Source of the DNA: a virus | Taxonomy: Duplodnaviria > Caudoviricetes | Direction: 5' to 3' (one strand) | Length of the DNA: 63,305 nucleotides | Virus record (IMG/VR): IMGVR_UViG_3300048592_001022 | Location: 1-63,305 of that record | Part shown: positions 39,588-48,530 of the stretch, in pieces | Position numbering within the stretch: the first letter of the stretch is position 1 | How the letters are laid out: each line of letters opens with the position of its first letter | Notes under the pieces: model-generated | What the model saw: only the letters and a program-made list of their open reading frames with translations | Databases searched by the model: none | What the model was told of the DNA's origin: nothing | Made by a program: the position numbers and the translations under genes

Positions 39588-40313
39588 TTAAGCAGCTCCG
39601 CTTTCAGCGATTCGCTTCACTGCAGCCAGAAGCTCAGGCTTAGTGAGACCTTTGAGCGAATGAATAATCCGGTCCCAGTCCGATTCGGGAACACCAGCCT
39701 CCGCGAGCTTGCCCTTAATCCACTCGGCAACCTTCGGGCGATCAGTCTGGACGATCGGGCTAGTCTCCACGACTTTGACATCATCAGAACCCTCCATTTC
39801 GTCGCGGGTGTAGTAGCCAGCCAATTCCTCGGGAAAGGCTTTGCGCAGGGCTTTTGCCTCCGCACACTTCTCCAGCATCGTCGCCGGCATCGTGTCCCAG
39901 AGGGTCTTCTTGTTTGGATCCTTCGATGGTCGATTATGCTCCGAATAGAGCGCGGTCCCGCTGAATTCGCAGATATGCCCGTGGACGATCTTCTTGACCG
40001 TGATCGTTGCGCTAATAGGCTTGCCGCTCGCTTCATCCATCAGATACTGGACCGGGCTGATCCCGGCATAGAGGCCCGTGCGCTGTGCAATCAGGCGATA
40101 GGCGTCGATCGAGAGGACAACCGATGCTTTGCCGCCAAGCTTAATAAAATAGATCTGCTTGGCATCGGGACGCAGGCCGCGCGACTTCGCCACTTCGACG
40201 AAATGCTCGAATTCCTGCGGGGTCGCTTCGGGAGCGTAGTGCTTGCGTAAAAAATCAATCTTCTCGGGCGTCCAATACGCCAGATCATTCTTAACCAGCT
40301 GCAATTGCGTCAT
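39588..40313 (-). CDS. bet: Bet/RecT single-strand annealing protein
   Basis: GLRP..KQIYF, SIDAYR.IA.RTG.YAG, MP..ML.KCAEA.ALRKAFP. Confidence 0.92.
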   Translation of the reverse strand: MTQLQLVKNDLAYWTPEKIDFLRKHYAPEATPQEFEHFVEVAKSRGLRPDAKQIYFIKLGGKASVVLSIDAYRLIAQRTGLYAGISPVQYLMDEASGKPISATITVKKIVHGHICEFSGTALYSEHNRPSKDPNKKTLWDTMPATMLEKCAEAKALRKAFPEELAGYYTRDEMEGSDDVKVVETSPIVQTDRPKVAEWIKGKLAEAGVPESDWDRIIHSLKGLTKPELLAAVKRIAESGAA

Positions 40314-41223
40314 TGAAGTCGTTCTCCAGTTCTTCGATCAGGTCATCATCATCGGATCCCACATGCGAGAGCTCGCCCCGCTTCACAAACCGGGGAAGGC
40401 CCAGTGGCCGGATCTCTTCAGGCAGTCCGGGCCACTGGTCTGTTTCCAGGCAGGTCTTCAGAAGGCTCAGGTTTGAGCGCACGAAATCGCGGCCTAGCTC
40501 GATTTCTTCGGCAGTCGCGACGTAGGCGGCGACAAGGTGAGGAGCTTTGGTGTGGACACAGATAAAGATGTACCGATCGGGTTTAATTCCGGTCGTTTGA
40601 TAGATGCCATCGAGCGTAAGCGCAGCCGATACGAAATAGTGCAGATCGTAAGCCGACTTTTGAAACTTCTCATGCGAAACGGCCTTCGCTGTCTTGAAAT
40701 CCACCACGGTTTTAAGGTCGGCGGATATCCAGTCGGGCCTGCACTTCAGGAGAAGGCCCGTGACCAGGTCTTCCCAGTAGAAAGACACTTCATAGCGGCC
40801 CGGTTGATCTAGGATCTCCTGGGCAGGCGCGTAGGCGCGGATCGCATCCCGCATGGCGAGCACCGGCTCAGCTTCATCGGGCTTCAGGCAGATCCTGCTC
40901 CTGTTCTGCGCTTCAAATTCCTTCCAGGGCTTGGTGTTTCGGGCCGCGGCAGGACCGACCGCGTAGATCTGCTCGAAAGTACCTTCCATGGCCGCGTGTA
41001 GAGCATTGCCAAGGCGCAGTGATCGGTTCGGATTCGTCGGCGCAGCATCAGCCTCTTCCTTGCCTGCGGTTAAATTCACCGCAGCCACTTTATACTTACG
41101 CTCTGCCATCGCGTGACGATAGGTTCGCGGTGATTCCGCGAGCAAAGTGAGGCTCGTCTTGGAATCGCCTGGCGAGCCGTGGTACGCGGCAATGCTCAGA
41201 TCCGGGTAAATGCCTGGACGCAT
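40291..41223 (-). CDS. RecE/DUF3799-like PD-(D/E)XK exonuclease
   Basis: G.ALH, EVSFYW, KCRPD, VDFKT motifs. Confidence 0.88.
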   Translation of the reverse strand: MRPGIYPDLSIAAYHGSPGDSKTSLTLLAESPRTYRHAMAERKYKVAAVNLTAGKEEADAAPTNPNRSLRLGNALHAAMEGTFEQIYAVGPAAARNTKPWKEFEAQNRSRICLKPDEAEPVLAMRDAIRAYAPAQEILDQPGRYEVSFYWEDLVTGLLLKCRPDWISADLKTVVDFKTAKAVSHEKFQKSAYDLHYFVSAALTLDGIYQTTGIKPDRYIFICVHTKAPHLVAAYVATAEEIELGRDFVRSNLSLLKTCLETDQWPGLPEEIRPLGLPRFVKRGELSHVGSDDDDLIEELENDFNDAIAAG

Positions 41224-41224
41224 G

Positions 41225-41449
41225 TCAGCCCACCTTGCTCAAACGGAATTTGAACAACGGCTCAAGCGATACCTCGAATACGGACTTCATTCCGCAATCG
41301 TCATGCACCACTATTTCGAGCGTTTCATGCCCGACGAGTTCTTTTGGATCCAGTTCCTGGAGCCGGGTTTTAACGGCAGCTTTGTGGCTTGAAGATGCGA
41401 CACTGGTGATGTCGTCGATCTCAGAGATGGTGACTTCAAATTCGCGCAT
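41225..41449 (-). CDS. Hypothetical protein
   Basis: GAGG RBS; upstream of recE. Confidence 0.55.
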   Translation of the reverse strand: MREFEVTISEIDDITSVASSSHKAAVKTRLQELDPKELVGHETLEIVVHDDCGMKSVFEVSLEPLFKFRLSKVG

Positions 41450-41775
41450 GATGCTGTCCTCACTCTGAGGAAAGCGATGCGGCTACTGGCGGATACCGTG
41501 GTAGGCAGCATAAATCCTCAGATGAAATTGCATCCCCGACCGGAATCGGGGATGCGTATCACTACATATTTTATTCGAGAGGTCTCGTTTCCTGCTTTCA
41601 ATCGTTTCATGTTCATTACCCTTATGTAGTGATTTGAGGACCTCCAGGAAACAATCCAAAAACCCTGGAGGTCCTTCTGCAGCGGGACACGGTTTGGGGA
41701 CCAGCTGCTACGAAGGAGAATATACTATCATTTATTCTTATGAATCAAAAGAATTCGACGAACACTTTCATTTTT

Positions 41776-41817
41776 AGTGCACAGACGGAACTCCTGAAAA
41801 AGTGCACAGACGGAACT
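41776..41817. repeat. 17-bp direct repeat AGTGCACAGACGGAACT x2 (25-bp period)
   Basis: Copies at 41776-41792 and 41801-41817. Confidence 0.9.
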
Positions 41818-41838
41818 GGATTTACCGGCATTTAATAG

Positions 41839-41872
41839 AAAAAGAGAGAAAGCGGTTAAGCCTTCTCTCTTC
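41839..41872 (-). terminator. Terminator of outer-membrane protein gene
   Basis: AAGAGAGAAGGC/GCTTTCTCTCTT followed by T-run on minus strand. Confidence 0.65.
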
Positions 41873-41911
41873 ACTAGGAGTTGATATCAGTTACTTCCCT
41901 TAAGGAGAATC

Positions 41912-42499
41912 TTAGAACTTATAGGCAACAAAGAGCGAGTAGTCGCTGCGTTCCTGCGTCACGTCACGAACCTTGTAAGCACTGTCTTCCTTGGCTGCCA
42001 TGTCTCCGGATACCAGTGTTTTACTGAAAAGATACTCAGCACCCAGATCAACATTGCTTGCCACTGCAAACGATGCACCAGCACCCAGGTCAGCATTTAC
42101 GAGCAATGCTGGCTTGAAGGTTTCCTGGCCGTATTGGTGAAGACTTACGCCGCCTTTCCCGTAAAGCGAGAAGTTGTCCTGCTTCATAAGATCGAATGCC
42201 GCATACGCGCCAAGCGCCGTGTCGAAAGCCTTGGTATTGTAGCGCTCGAACTCAGCATAGGAGAGGCCCACACCAAGGCGCGAGCGGTCGCTCAACGCGA
42301 ACTCGAGGTCCACACCTGCACCCTTGCCAGGAACAGTCAGCTTGTTGCCGTCGACGTCATCAGCATCCTCTTCATATCCAACATTCTTGGCATCCAGCTT
42401 CAGCTGGCTTTGAGTAAGCTTGGGCTTGATCACCAGCCCCTCAGCCATGGCGGAAGTTGCGGCGAATGCAAGAGTGAGGGCGAGAGTGTTGCGAACCAT
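41912..42499 (-). CDS. Outer-membrane beta-barrel protein (OmpA/Ail/Lom-like)
   Basis: Signal peptide, alternating beta strands, terminal VAYKF. Confidence 0.88.
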   Translation of the reverse strand: MVRNTLALTLAFAATSAMAEGLVIKPKLTQSQLKLDAKNVGYEEDADDVDGNKLTVPGKGAGVDLEFALSDRSRLGVGLSYAEFERYNTKAFDTALGAYAAFDLMKQDNFSLYGKGGVSLHQYGQETFKPALLVNADLGAGASFAVASNVDLGAEYLFSKTLVSGDMAAKEDSAYKVRDVTQERSDYSLFVAYKF

Positions 42500-42665
42500 G
42501 AAAATCTCCTAAAACTTAGTGTGCGCGGCTGTTGCCGCTGATATCGGTTAAGCAAATAACGAGCCACATGTCTTGTGGCGCAATTTGCCAAAAGCCTTCT
42601 TTTCCAAACCGTTTTTGATTATTTTGTCCGTGCTCGGCTGAGCACAGGAGCGCCTTGGAGGACGC

Positions 42666-42908
42666 TCAAGAGGCCGGTGTGTATCCTATCAGGATTTCCA
42701 TCTCGGGCTGCTCGCGCAGAATCAATGGAACCACTTGATCGCGTGGAAGCACCTTACCTAGTCTGGCGGCTACTTCCACGCCTGGCCTTCGCCCCAGCAG
42801 TATCGCGGAGATGGTGTTCTTTGGAACTCCCGTCAGCCGCGAAAGCTCTGCTGCAGAGCGATTCGTGGACCCATTTAACCATTGCTGGATCAGATCTGCA
42901 AGAGACAT
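42666..42908 (-). CDS. HTH-only paralogue of the XRE/DUF4423-like regulators
   Basis: LIQQWL...ELSRLTGV...LLG.R aligns by eye with N-termini of 51507 and 53440 proteins. Confidence 0.7.
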   Translation of the reverse strand: MSLADLIQQWLNGSTNRSAAELSRLTGVPKNTISAILLGRRPGVEVAARLGKVLPRDQVVPLILREQPEMEILIGYTPAS

Positions 42909-42922
42909 CGTCAAGCCTCCAA

Positions 42923-43522
42923 TCAAGATTTTTTCCGCAGAATAACCGTCCTCTTTGTCTTCGCCCGATTCACTGATCTATCATTGTCGGTCTTCAGTTT
43001 CGACGAGATCGAAATGCATCGCTGCGCTTTCATCTTGCACTTTTTCTCGGCTTTTGCTTCCAGTAATGCCCGTGCCAGCTCATAGTCCGCGCGAACGGCC
43101 CGCTTCTCAAAGTCGGTCGAAAATTTTGCCGAAGGGTCCTTGGCCTTCTGCCAGATTCTCCCAAAATAGACTCGCTGAAACTCCCGCAGTGCCGACCGGC
43201 GATCGCGGAACGCTGGATGCCGGGTGACCTGGCGGTAAAGGGTCTCAGGGTTTCGCAGCTGCTCACGGGGAATCTTCGCAGCAGCGTGACAGAACGCTAT
43301 GGCCCATTCCCGGTGGATCCGCTTGGGGTCTCTCAGGAGAATCAGAAGCTCGTCGAACACCCAGCGTCCGTGAATCTCGCGGAGCGTGAGAACGTCCATG
43401 GGCGAAAGCCGGACAAAGGGGAGATAACCCATGGCTTTCGCTTCCTGCGTGTATTCGTCACGCTCACGAGCGGGTGCCTTGTAGCTGCGTATTGCACGAG
43501 CGGATTGCATTGCCAATTTCAT
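42923..43522 (-). CDS. Basic hypothetical protein
   Basis: 199 aa; GGAGGG RBS. Confidence 0.65.
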   Translation of the reverse strand: MKLAMQSARAIRSYKAPARERDEYTQEAKAMGYLPFVRLSPMDVLTLREIHGRWVFDELLILLRDPKRIHREWAIAFCHAAAKIPREQLRNPETLYRQVTRHPAFRDRRSALREFQRVYFGRIWQKAKDPSAKFSTDFEKRAVRADYELARALLEAKAEKKCKMKAQRCISISSKLKTDNDRSVNRAKTKRTVILRKKS

Positions 43523-43740
43523 CCCTCCCAGATCATTCAGTTGCTTTTTTCATCCAGCTGCGGATATTTCGATGTGCCAGGGGATCTAACCCGAGCGACT
43601 GATAACCGGCTTTCCGAGCCGCTCTTAGCATAAGTCTTGGATTCGTTTTGCTTATCAGAAGCGCCTGAAGGTTATGGCTGCGAATGCGCGGTCGGTGAAA
43701 CTGGCTCCAACCCTTCCCCTTCAGGACAACTTCCAGTCAA

Positions 43741-43977
43741 TCAGTAAAGCTCAGTTTTGGAAGATGGTCCGCCACCACCCACAGTACCGAGAGAAAATGG
43801 GGCTCCACCACCGCCACTACCCCCCATTGGTCCACCGCCAACAACAGTACCAAGCGCTTGTTGGCCACTACCGCTCCGACTTACCGGCCCGCCGCCGCCT
43901 ATAATTCCAAGGGAGGGAGGCGACCCACTTGAGCCAATACCACCATCTTTAGCCGCCGTCATACACTCACGAACCAT
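43741..43977 (-). CDS. Gly/Pro motif-array micro-protein 1
   Basis: AGAGGAG RBS; GGIGSSGSPP, GIIGGGGP, GTVVGGGP, GGSGGGGAP, GTVGGGGP. Confidence 0.7.
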   Translation of the reverse strand: MVRECMTAAKDGGIGSSGSPPSLGIIGGGGPVSRSGSGQQALGTVVGGGPMGGSGGGGAPFSLGTVGGGGPSSKTELY

Positions 43978-44006
43978 CTGTTTCTCCTCTTATTGTGATC
44001 GCCTGG

Positions 44007-44303
44007 TCATGCCAGACGTTCGATCATATAGGTCACCTGAAAGTCGAGCGCGATCGAGTATAGCGTGATTTCCTCCGAATCCGAGCGCCGCACCTCGATC
44101 ACGCGATCCATGAACCGCGAGCGGGGAGTAGCATCGAGGATGCCTGCATATGCAATCGCAGCGTCTTCGGCTGTCGAAGCCTGCGACGGACTGATCCGAT
44201 ACCAATCCACCCGGCCTTCCTCGCGACAAAGGTAGTGAGGCGGGCAGGTGTGCTGTGCCGCCAGCAGCCAGCTTCCGCATTTTTTGCAAACATCCCGATG
44301 CAT
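44007..44303 (-). CDS. Hypothetical protein with N-terminal CxxC
   Basis: CKKCG...HTCPP; AGAGG RBS. Confidence 0.6.
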   Translation of the reverse strand: MHRDVCKKCGSWLLAAQHTCPPHYLCREEGRVDWYRISPSQASTAEDAAIAYAGILDATPRSRFMDRVIEVRRSDSEEITLYSIALDFQVTYMIERLA

Positions 44304-44318
44304 ACTTAGTTCCTCTCG

Positions 44319-44489
44319 TTATTCTTCGTCTTCTTCAGCTTCGTCATCGTCGCCCGTTGGGGGTCCACCACCGGAGCCACCGATTCCAGTAGGAACCGTC
44401 TTGGACGGTGGGCTTCCGCCAGATCCTCCCATTCCGCCGAAGTCATCGTCGCAAGGAGGCCCACCACCTGTTCCGCTGATTCCACTCAT
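44319..44489 (-). CDS. Gly/Pro motif-array micro-protein 2 (56 aa, not in ORF track)
   Basis: MSGISGTGGGPPCDDDFGGMGGSGGSPPSKTVPTGIGGSGGGPPTGDDDEAEEDEE; ATGA-coupled to upstream gene. Confidence 0.75.
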   Translation of the reverse strand: MSGISGTGGGPPCDDDFGGMGGSGGSPPSKTVPTGIGGSGGGPPTGDDDEAEEDEE

Positions 44490-45079
44490 TTCAGGTATTC
44501 CTCCCAGATGCTGATGATTTGGTGAACCTTGGCATACAGAGGTTTCACATCCGCACCAGCCATTTCAAGTTCGGCGATGTAGCAGCATTGTTCTGCCAGT
44601 TCTACCCAGTGAAATCTTCTGATCTGAAATAACTTCTCCACACGAAAAAGAGAGTGCCAAATTGCGCTTTGCGACTGTTCAATGCTTATGGTTCTGCCTT
44701 TCAATCGCTCTGCTCTCGGTTGGGTCCAGCACCTGAAAGCGTCCGACAGACTCAAGCAACCGCTGAATTCTTTCCGAATCCGCTCGCGGGCCGCTTCATC
44801 AAAATCGTAAGTGACCTCTACTTCGGGTAGGTCGATCGTTGTCATGGATGTCTGACCATCAGCGTCGAAAACGTATTCCATCGTTTTCGCTGACCATTGC
44901 TCCACATCAAGCAACTTGGCAACTTCAAGAACCGATGACATCCCTTCGCCGTTGGCGCTGATATTAAACAGCACTTTTCCGTCACTTGAACTGATCGTGG
45001 TAGGATAACGGAAAGGCTTCTCTAATTTTTTGACCACAGTATCCGAAGGAGGCCCTGTGTCAACGCCAAAATAACCCAT
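44486..45079 (-). CDS. Hypothetical protein (N-terminal GYFGVDTGPP)
   Basis: AGGAG RBS; operon context. Confidence 0.65.
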   Translation of the reverse strand: MGYFGVDTGPPSDTVVKKLEKPFRYPTTISSSDGKVLFNISANGEGMSSVLEVAKLLDVEQWSAKTMEYVFDADGQTSMTTIDLPEVEVTYDFDEAARERIRKEFSGCLSLSDAFRCWTQPRAERLKGRTISIEQSQSAIWHSLFRVEKLFQIRRFHWVELAEQCCYIAELEMAGADVKPLYAKVHQIISIWEEYLK

Positions 45080-45100
45080 ACATCAACTCCTGATTAAAGA

Positions 45101-45301
45101 TTAAGAATTGCCGCCAACCAGGTCGTTCACCTGGCTTGTGAAATCTGCCGCCATCTCCTTCGCTCTTTCCACGACTCCTTCGTCCACTGAATACAGCGGC
45201 GTTGGGTCATGCTTCTCAACGGATTCAGCGACATGGCTAGCCAACGCCTGAACGTCTTCCGTAGAAAATCCTCCTCCAATGTGGCCAGAACTTCCCATCA
45301 A
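45101..45301 (-). CDS. Small hypothetical protein (N-terminal GSSGHIGGG)
   Basis: GAGGAG RBS. Confidence 0.6.
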   Translation of the reverse strand: MMGSSGHIGGGFSTEDVQALASHVAESVEKHDPTPLYSVDEGVVERAKEMAADFTSQVNDLVGGNS

Positions 45302-45314
45302 CCAATCTCCTCAG

Positions 45315-47375
45315 TTAAAATTTTTCCAGAATATCGGCCAAAGCCGGAGGCAACGACACGGTGTTCATTGCCCGGGTAACTGCAACATATAGCAGGTTGA
45401 TCTCCTGCTCGGGGACTTCCTTACGAAGGCGCCCGTCCTTCTCCACAAGGCGCGATGCGAAGTCATCGCTCAGCTTCACGCTCGCCCACTCCAGGCCCTT
45501 TGCCTTATGGGCTGTCAGAATATGGATGGCTGCCGTCTTCCGCGCTTCCTTCGCGATCTCCATGAGGGCTTCCACAGCATCGCGGAATTTCTCGGCACCC
45601 ATCTTCTCAAGAAGCGAAATGGCCCGCATCGTATCCACGTCGCCGCGCAGGTCAGCCTCGTGCTTGAGGTCCCCGATCGAATCGAACCCGAAATACTGGG
45701 ATTCGCGATTGGTTATGGGCTGTTCCATCTTAAGGCGGTAAATGTCGAGCATCGATGCAAGGTATGTGTACGGCAGGCAGTCCGCGAAATAGATGTCCGC
45801 ACGTATATTGGCCAGGGCTTCCTGAAGAACACCGACATTCGAGCGGCAGAGAATGGCACGAGGACCCTCGGCCTTGCCGCCACCGATGCCAGTAAGCAGC
45901 GGGATGGAGCCGGACTTGAATTTCCATTTCTGGTAGCGGTATTTCAGAGCCAGTACGCGGTTCGCGAGGTCGGCCACATTCTGGCCAAAACGGAAACTTT
46001 GGGTCAAAGGCAGGAGCGGGATGCCCTGCTCGATCAGGGTCTCGATCGTATTGACCGCGCCCGTGAACTCATAGATGGATTGATGCTGGTCGCCGACGTA
46101 CACCTTCCGCATCTTCTGGCGCTGCACGATATCGAGAATCACGGGATTCGCATCTTGCGCTTCATCGAAGAGTATGGCGTCGAAGCCGCGAATCTCAGGG
46201 TGCGACAGCTGATACATCTTCAGATAGGTCGAATGCTCGAACGGCACCGTGCTGTCAAGATCAGCCTGCAGGCCAAAGAAGGCATCGGCATGCTCCTGCA
46301 GCTGGAGCAGGAATCGTCCAAGTTTTTCAGAAAGAAGCTCCGACTGATAGTAGGCGACCAGGACCTTGAGCGCAGTGGGATCAACCGAGCGGATCGTGGA
46401 AAGGACATTCCGACGGCGATCGCGTTCGATGGTCTCCAGGGTTGCCAGCATCTCGGGGTATCGGTCCTTGATCGACGGGTGCTTTTCCTCATAGAGAGCG
46501 ACCACCTTTTCAGCGTCCGCCTTGAGTCCATCCACGCCCTTCTGCGAAAGGATGAACGCCGCGGCCACGAGTTTTGCGATCCGGCCATCAGGCTTCACCG
46601 CGACCTTTTCATCCATCGATGACTCGAAATACTTCACAGCCTCCCGGAGAAGATCGACGTATTGCTTGTCGCTCACACCAGGGACCATCAAAGGGTCACC
46701 CGTAGTGTCGAAGATCTGCTTGAATAGTCGGCTGAAATCGTACTTGCCCATGTTCAGCTTGTGCTGATGGCGGCTGAGTCCGAGGTAGCGGAATGCCATC
46801 GAATGCGCCGTCATCACCTGGACGTTCGGCGGGAATTTCCCCTTCGCTTCGTCGGCGTTCTTCCGGTTGAAGCAGAGGTATAGAAAACGCTCCGAGGGAT
46901 AGGCCAGCGCCACAAGTATCAGCTCGGTGGTCTTTCCCGATCCAGCCGCGGCGCCCGAGATCAAATCACCCTGAGTTTCGCCGTAAGCTTTGATCAGCGC
47001 CATTTGCTCGTCGGTCGGTTTGAATGGCAGACGATCGAACTGCGGGATCAGCTTTTTCAGCTTCGCTTCCGCGCCGGCACGGGCCGAAGCAGCTGGCGGC
47101 ATCGATGCCATCAGCGAAAACCCCTCATCCTCATCTCTGTCGTCGATAGGGATGAACAGTGGCTCAGGCTCTGCAAGGATGGCAGCTGGCGCTCTCGAGG
47201 CTGGCTTCGGGCCAATGCTGCGATCGTTGATGATCCGCATCGCCTCGGGAACATTCTCCTCGGGCAGGATCCATTGTCCAAGAGCTGCATCGTATTGTCC
47301 GCCAAGATCTCTCAGCCAGTCCCGCACTTGATAGTGGCGCGTCCCGCCACCGACCTGAACCATTCCCATCAGCAC
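45315..47375 (-). CDS. UvrD-like SF1 helicase
   Basis: AAAGSGKT, DEAQD, VGDQHQSIY.F, SFRFG, HKAKGLEW, YVAVTRA motifs. Confidence 0.93.
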   Translation of the reverse strand: MLMGMVQVGGGTRHYQVRDWLRDLGGQYDAALGQWILPEENVPEAMRIINDRSIGPKPASRAPAAILAEPEPLFIPIDDRDEDEGFSLMASMPPAASARAGAEAKLKKLIPQFDRLPFKPTDEQMALIKAYGETQGDLISGAAAGSGKTTELILVALAYPSERFLYLCFNRKNADEAKGKFPPNVQVMTAHSMAFRYLGLSRHQHKLNMGKYDFSRLFKQIFDTTGDPLMVPGVSDKQYVDLLREAVKYFESSMDEKVAVKPDGRIAKLVAAAFILSQKGVDGLKADAEKVVALYEEKHPSIKDRYPEMLATLETIERDRRRNVLSTIRSVDPTALKVLVAYYQSELLSEKLGRFLLQLQEHADAFFGLQADLDSTVPFEHSTYLKMYQLSHPEIRGFDAILFDEAQDANPVILDIVQRQKMRKVYVGDQHQSIYEFTGAVNTIETLIEQGIPLLPLTQSFRFGQNVADLANRVLALKYRYQKWKFKSGSIPLLTGIGGGKAEGPRAILCRSNVGVLQEALANIRADIYFADCLPYTYLASMLDIYRLKMEQPITNRESQYFGFDSIGDLKHEADLRGDVDTMRAISLLEKMGAEKFRDAVEALMEIAKEARKTAAIHILTAHKAKGLEWASVKLSDDFASRLVEKDGRLRKEVPEQEINLLYVAVTRAMNTVSLPPALADILEKF

Positions 47376-47395
47376 TACGCTCCCATTATTTGGGG

Positions 47396-47671
47396 TTAAA
47401 CAACTTCTGCCTGTGCATTATCGTTGAATGCTCGCACGAACTCGCCGCCGTGGAGTCCATACAGCATGTAAGCACGCTGTATTTTCGATCTGCTGTATCC
47501 GGTGGCCTTGTGATCGCCGTCATGCAGGACCCAGGCTCGCTGAACAGTCATGTGACAGACGACTCCGCGCCGACCGTTAATCTCAATTATGTCGCCTTTT
47601 TTGATGGTGCTATTCAGCAACTTCGGCCTCCCCAATTGGATCAGCAGATACGATGCGAAACTTTGAGGCAC
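47396..47671 (-). CDS. Hypothetical protein (start uncertain)
   Basis: Fills the operon gap. Confidence 0.45.
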   Translation of the reverse strand: MPQSFASYLLIQLGRPKLLNSTIKKGDIIEINGRRGVVCHMTVQRAWVLHDGDHKATGYSRSKIQRAYMLYGLHGGEFVRAFNDNAQAEVV

Positions 47672-47927
47672 GCCTCTTGGGTTTGATGCCGAGACGGTCG
47701 AGATGCTTATAAATACAGGCTCGATTCATGTTCATTCTCCGGCTTGCCTCGGAAATATTCCCGTTTACCTGTGCAAGAACCTGCTCAAGGTAAGCAGCCA
47801 GCAGCTTTTCTCGCTGCTCCTTCCACGGCAGGAGTGGTCCTTCAAAGCGAAAGGGTTTCATTTCCAAAGTGGCTTCCTGCATTACGTCCGAATTCTCATA
47901 TACTGACAAGGTTTGCTGGTCTTTCAT
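47610..47927 (-). CDS. Fis-family HTH protein
   Basis: YLEQVLAQVNGNISEASRRMNMNR...LDRLGI. Confidence 0.8.
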   Translation of the reverse strand: MKDQQTLSVYENSDVMQEATLEMKPFRFEGPLLPWKEQREKLLAAYLEQVLAQVNGNISEASRRMNMNRACIYKHLDRLGIKPKRRASKFRIVSADPIGEAEVAE

Positions 47928-48283
47928 TTCGTGTTTTTCTCCGCAAGGGATAATGGATCAAATGTTTGATGCTGGATCACATACAGCAACTCGCGCGAAA
48001 CAAGGTATGCCTGGGCCTTGCCGCGATTCGCTATCGACACCACTTCGCCTTTGCCACGCTCGAATGTAGTGGCCGCCCGTGGGTCGCGATACCGGGAAAA
48101 TTGCTCAGTTTCCACGAAAAGCGTTCCACGGTATTCCGTGTGGTCGATCAGATCCCGCTCCGTTGCCGTCAGGAACTCTGGGTCCGCCTTGCCGGTCGTT
48201 CCGATCAGGAGCACCAGTAGCAGCACAAAAAGCACGCAGCTTCGGAACATGATAGCGCTGAAACTTTCCTCTTCAAATTGCAC
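47924..48283 (-). CDS. Hypothetical exported/membrane protein
   Basis: N-terminal hydrophobic helix. Confidence 0.55.
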   Translation of the reverse strand: MQFEEESFSAIMFRSCVLFVLLLVLLIGTTGKADPEFLTATERDLIDHTEYRGTLFVETEQFSRYRDPRAATTFERGKGEVVSIANRGKAQAYLVSRELLYVIQHQTFDPLSLAEKNTK

Positions 48284-48530
48284 CTTTGACTCCTCTCCGC
48301 GATGCGCGGCGCATAAACATCCGCTCGTAATTCATGATCGCCCTGCGGCAATGCTTCTGGGCGTCTTCCACAGTTTCGTGCTTCATGGCTTCGATGTGCT
48401 CCAAGGCAGCCCAAAGACTCGGGCTTTCTTTCTGCATGAGAGGCCATTCTTCGTCGGCGATCTGGTAGTACTGGATCAGGCGTTTGACGTGCTTTATGGT
48501 CGCTTCGATCGTGGTTTCAATGGTTGCCAT
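48273..48530 (-). CDS. Hypothetical protein
   Basis: Overlapping operon context. Confidence 0.55.
   Translation of the reverse strand: MATIETTIEATIKHVKRLIQYYQIADEEWPLMQKESPSLWAALEHIEAMKHETVEDAQKHCRRAIMNYERMFMRRASRRGVKGAI

Noticed and set aside
43757-44514. Pro-rich plus-strand ORFs
   Set aside because: Antisense to the Gly-rich minus-strand genes, which have RBSs and operon coupling
45507-46622. 371-aa plus-strand ORF (likewise 24640-25539 and 25916-26926)
   Set aside because: Antisense shadows of the helicase and terminase genes; no motifs
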